Shown here piece after piece: positions 60,708-64,000 of a stretch of 64,000 nucleotides of DNA (positions are counted from its first letter, which is position 1; each line of letters begins with the position of its first letter). The DNA comes from the human T2T-CHM13v2.0 reference genome, Homo sapiens. The stretch is from assembly GCF_009914755.1 (NCBI RefSeq), contig NC_060940.1; one strand, given 5' to 3'. Position numbers and translations under genes: made by a program. Below the pieces are notes generated by a model, which worked only from the letters and a program-made list of their open reading frames with translations, was not told where the DNA came from and made no database searches.

Positions 60708-61478
60708 TGATAAAGACAGGAGACAGGGAAATACTGGTTAGAAGAGGGTGGTTCCCTGGGAAAGGCCCCACCCTCAAGCCTGTAAACCCGTGGTCATAAA
60801 TGAGAATAGGTATTCCTGTTTTTGTGCCCAAAAGTTGCCTTTTGGCCCACCATGCCCCCCATCCTATACCCATATATAACCCAGGCTCCACGAGGAGACA
60901 AACAGAAGAGCAGAATTGTAGAATGGCACAGCAGAGAGAAGAGAAGGAGTCTGAACACTGACAGTTCAGCTGGGGATGGTCAGAGAGGAGATCAGCTACT
61001 GGACGGCCAAACTCCAGGGGGCAATCATCTTCCCTCTCCATCCCCTTTCCAGCTCCTCATTCATCCCACTGAGAGTCACCTCCACCACTCAATAAAACCC
61101 CCGTATTCATCCTTCAAGACCTCATTTTTCCTGGATGCCAGACAAGAGCTCGGGATACAGAAAGCTGTTACATTGGCCTTCTACCCTTGGAAAAAGGCAG
61201 AGGGTCCACTGAGCTGGTTAACAATTAAGTCATCTGTGGGCAGCAAGCTAAAAGAGTGCACTGTAACACATGCCCTCTTGGGCTTCGGGAGTCCCAGACA
61301 CTGACCCCTGGACGCTGCCATGGGGCAGTAGCCCAGGGGTGTTTGCCCTGGCTCCTGCACCTGCCCATCTGTGTGCTCCCCTTCCCGTAAGGGGTTTGAG
61401 CATGCATGGCGGCCGAACAGACAAGCCACACCCCTGTTGCACGTCCTATGACGGAAGTCAGGGAACTTTCCCATTTCA
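60708..61478 (+). mobile_element. MER50-type ERV1 solo LTR
   Basis: TGATAAAGACAGGAGACAGGGAAATACTGG..GGCCCCACCCTCAAGCC..AATAAA..GGGAACTTTCCCATTTCA; TSD CTTA. Confidence 0.88.
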
Positions 61479-61594
61479 CTTATAGGGAAGTCTCATTTAG
61501 CAATATGTCTATGGTGCAACTCAGAGAGGGGAAGAAAAACCATTTGGGATGATTGCGTTTAGGCTGTTGGTTTATGTAGGAAGCATGGAAGGCA

Positions 61595-62357
61595 CCGTAG
61601 ATTCTGCTGGTGCCCTGCCTGGCTCCCCTTCATCAGCTGGCAAATCCATCTTCAAGCTGCTGTGCATGTTGGCTGCTAAGAGCTCACCGCTGTCCAGGGA
61701 ATTGTCTCCAGGGAACTGCCCTTTCCTGACAGGAGCCACCTCACCTTGGGAAGTCATACTCCTTCATATGCAGGGAGAGCACTCAGCCAATGACTAACAC
61801 CCTAGTTATAAAGGTTGGACCTCTGAGTCAAACTGGGGAGGTCCCTGTCATTGTTTTTGTTTGTTTTTTTTTAGAGACAGGATCTTGCTCTATTGCCGAG
61901 GCTGCAGTGCATTGGTGTGCATCATAGCTCACTGCAGCCTCCAGCTCCTGGGCTCAAGTGATTCTCCTGCCTCAGACTCCTGAGTAGCTAGGACTATAGG
62001 TGAGCAATTTCTTTTTTTCTCTATTTTTTCTTTTTTTTGTAGAGATAGGGAGGGTTTCACTATGTTGCCTAGGCTGATCTCAAACTCCTAGCCTTAAGCA
62101 ATCCTTCTACCATGGTTTCCCAAATTGCTGGGATTACAGACATGAGACATGGTGCTCAGCCGGTGTCATTTGATTAGTGCTGCAGAACCCCTACCAGGAT
62201 CAGGCCGGGTGAACTTGACCTGAAGCCATATTCTTGCTCACTTCTTCCACGATCCCTTCCTGCTTCCCTCGCACTTCTCTTGAGAACCCTTCCTCAACAG
62301 ATCACACTCTCCAATTCCCATCTCAGACTCTGCCTCTAGGGAATGTAACCTAAGGCT
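61595..62357 (+). mobile_element. LTR16-type ERVL LTR split by an AluJ
   Basis: GTAGATTCTGCTGGTGCCC..CAGCCAATGACT..CTCAGACTCTGCCTCTAGGGAA..CCTAAG. Confidence 0.55.
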
Positions 62358-63851
62358 CAGGGTCAACATTCACTGGGGATACCCAACTGGCCTTGCAGAA
62401 ATGGAAGATGGAAGATTGCTTAATGGCGTTATATGAGTTATGGAAGGGATGTCTGACCTGCTTTCTCTTTAACCATCGTGAGGAAGGAAGACGATGAGGC
62501 TCTCATGCTTCTGTCTTAGGGCTTTTTGGGTTTGTAGCTTGGTCTGACATCTTGGTTGTGTGTCTCTGGGCAAGGACAATTTTTGTCCCTCAGTTTCCCT
62601 GTCTATAAATGGAGATAATAATCATGCTTTATTTATAGGACTGTTAAGAGGATTAACTGAGATAATTAATATCAAGAACTTAGAAGGATATATGGTACTT
62701 GGTGAGTACTATATTACATTGCTGTTATTATTACTGATATTATTACTATTAGTATCATTGTCATGTTAAAATGCAGCTACAGAATGCAAATTGCTGTCTT
62801 TATGAAGAACAGTTTTCTGGCTTGAATCAAGAGCCTTCAGTATGTCTCTATCCTTTCATCCAGTAGTTTCCAAACTTGGAAGTGAGCCTTAGGGAATAAT
62901 CTGAAATGCAGAAAAGGTTTTATTCATCCGTGTCTCATCATAGCATTATTTACAATGGGAAAAAAAGGAAATCATTCCACTGTCCAACAATAGGGCAAAG
63001 TTGAATTAGCATGTGTACCACAGCACTCACTCCCTTCACAGCAGTTCAATGTCCCTCAAGGATCCAAAACAATGAAGATGCTAAGTTGACAAATGCACTG
63101 CGGGAAGAAAGAGATAGAGATGGTTAAGTCAGTTTCCCAACATCTGTTGAGCACCTGCTGTGTGACTAGGCATTGTGCTACGTGATGGGGGTCCCTTTTC
63201 TCAAGTCATCTCCATCCCATGAAGGAGACAGACAGGTGCATAGCTGATTAGAGTGCAGACCAATATAGGCTGTGACAAGGATAAGAACAAGCTGGTTATG
63301 GAAGCTGAGAGGCAGAACACAGCTTTATTTGAAGGAGCAGAGAAGAATTCCCAGGGAGCCTACCATCCTAGTAGCTTTGTGTCTTTGGGGTGTCAAGATC
63401 AGCTAAAAAGACAGTCGCATTACAACCAGCAGAATTTTAGAAAACTTAATTCATTTTTTTTGGATACCAGTCCTTGCAATACTCGGTTCTACATGCCCTG
63501 ATCCCATGTGTGTGTGTGTGTGTGTGTGTTGGTGAACTTAGGTGCAGATTTTGTAAGAGCCACTATCATCATAATGTCTACAATTGCCTCTCAAATTTTA
63601 CCCTTGCCATCACTATGGCAACCCACAAAACAAAAAAGGCAGAAGGAAAGGCTTTTGATCTTATCTTGCCTGGGGCTTTGCCATAGCCTTTGATATTCCC
63701 TGAGACATCCGGAAGTTCACCATTGTGCATCCAATATTCTGGGTCACCTGGATGTTGCTTCTTTGTGGCATTGGCTCCTCTCAGAGGGTGTGGGAAATAA
63801 TGAGAAATTCTAAAACAATTAGTTGGAGGTTATGAAAAGCCATGTGCAAAT

Positions 63852-64000
63852 TGTGGCAGATTGTATTTTCCATAGATGATTACAGTAAGGTCTCCTGTCG
63901 CACATGCGGTGCTATGGCCTTGGCATCCCCATTGAGTTGTAATTTTTGTGCCCTCCCTGTGAATCTGGATGGGTCTTGGGGACTGTCTTGACCAACTGAA
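63852..64000 (+). mobile_element. MLT1F/G-type LTR 5' end (runs off the window)
   Basis: TGTGGCAGATTGTATTTTCC..GAATCTGG..GACT..TTGACCAA. Confidence 0.6.

Overview
This is Alu-dense primate (human-like) genomic DNA with no intact multi-exon protein-coding gene visible. The only ORF with real protein homology is an intronless RPL21 processed retrocopy on the minus strand (13740-14222). It has a full 160-aa ORF, both UTRs, a poly(A) tail and a target-site duplication (TSD). Nearly all other ORFs in the track are Alu, LTR or simple-repeat translations. The window holds dozens of Alus, a 5'-truncated SVA nested in an Alu nested in an MLT1 LTR, several solo LTRs with TSDs (MER34-, THE1-, LTR12-, MER57-, MER50-type), hAT DNA-transposon fossils, L1/L2/MIR remnants and long simple repeats. 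The most unusual structures are: (i) a ~410-bp composite templated insertion at 24682-25093, built from two nearby donors (one direct, one inverted) with a fold-back hairpin at its junction; (ii) a non-Alu ~115-160-bp inverted repeat pair at 31500-32420; (iii) an LTR12 promoter co-oriented with the intact RPL21 retrocopy; and (iv) several repeat-free, homeobox-motif-rich blocks that look like enhancers. Repeat subfamily names are from remembered consensus sequences, not from a database run. I found no firm evidence of a wholly new biological system.
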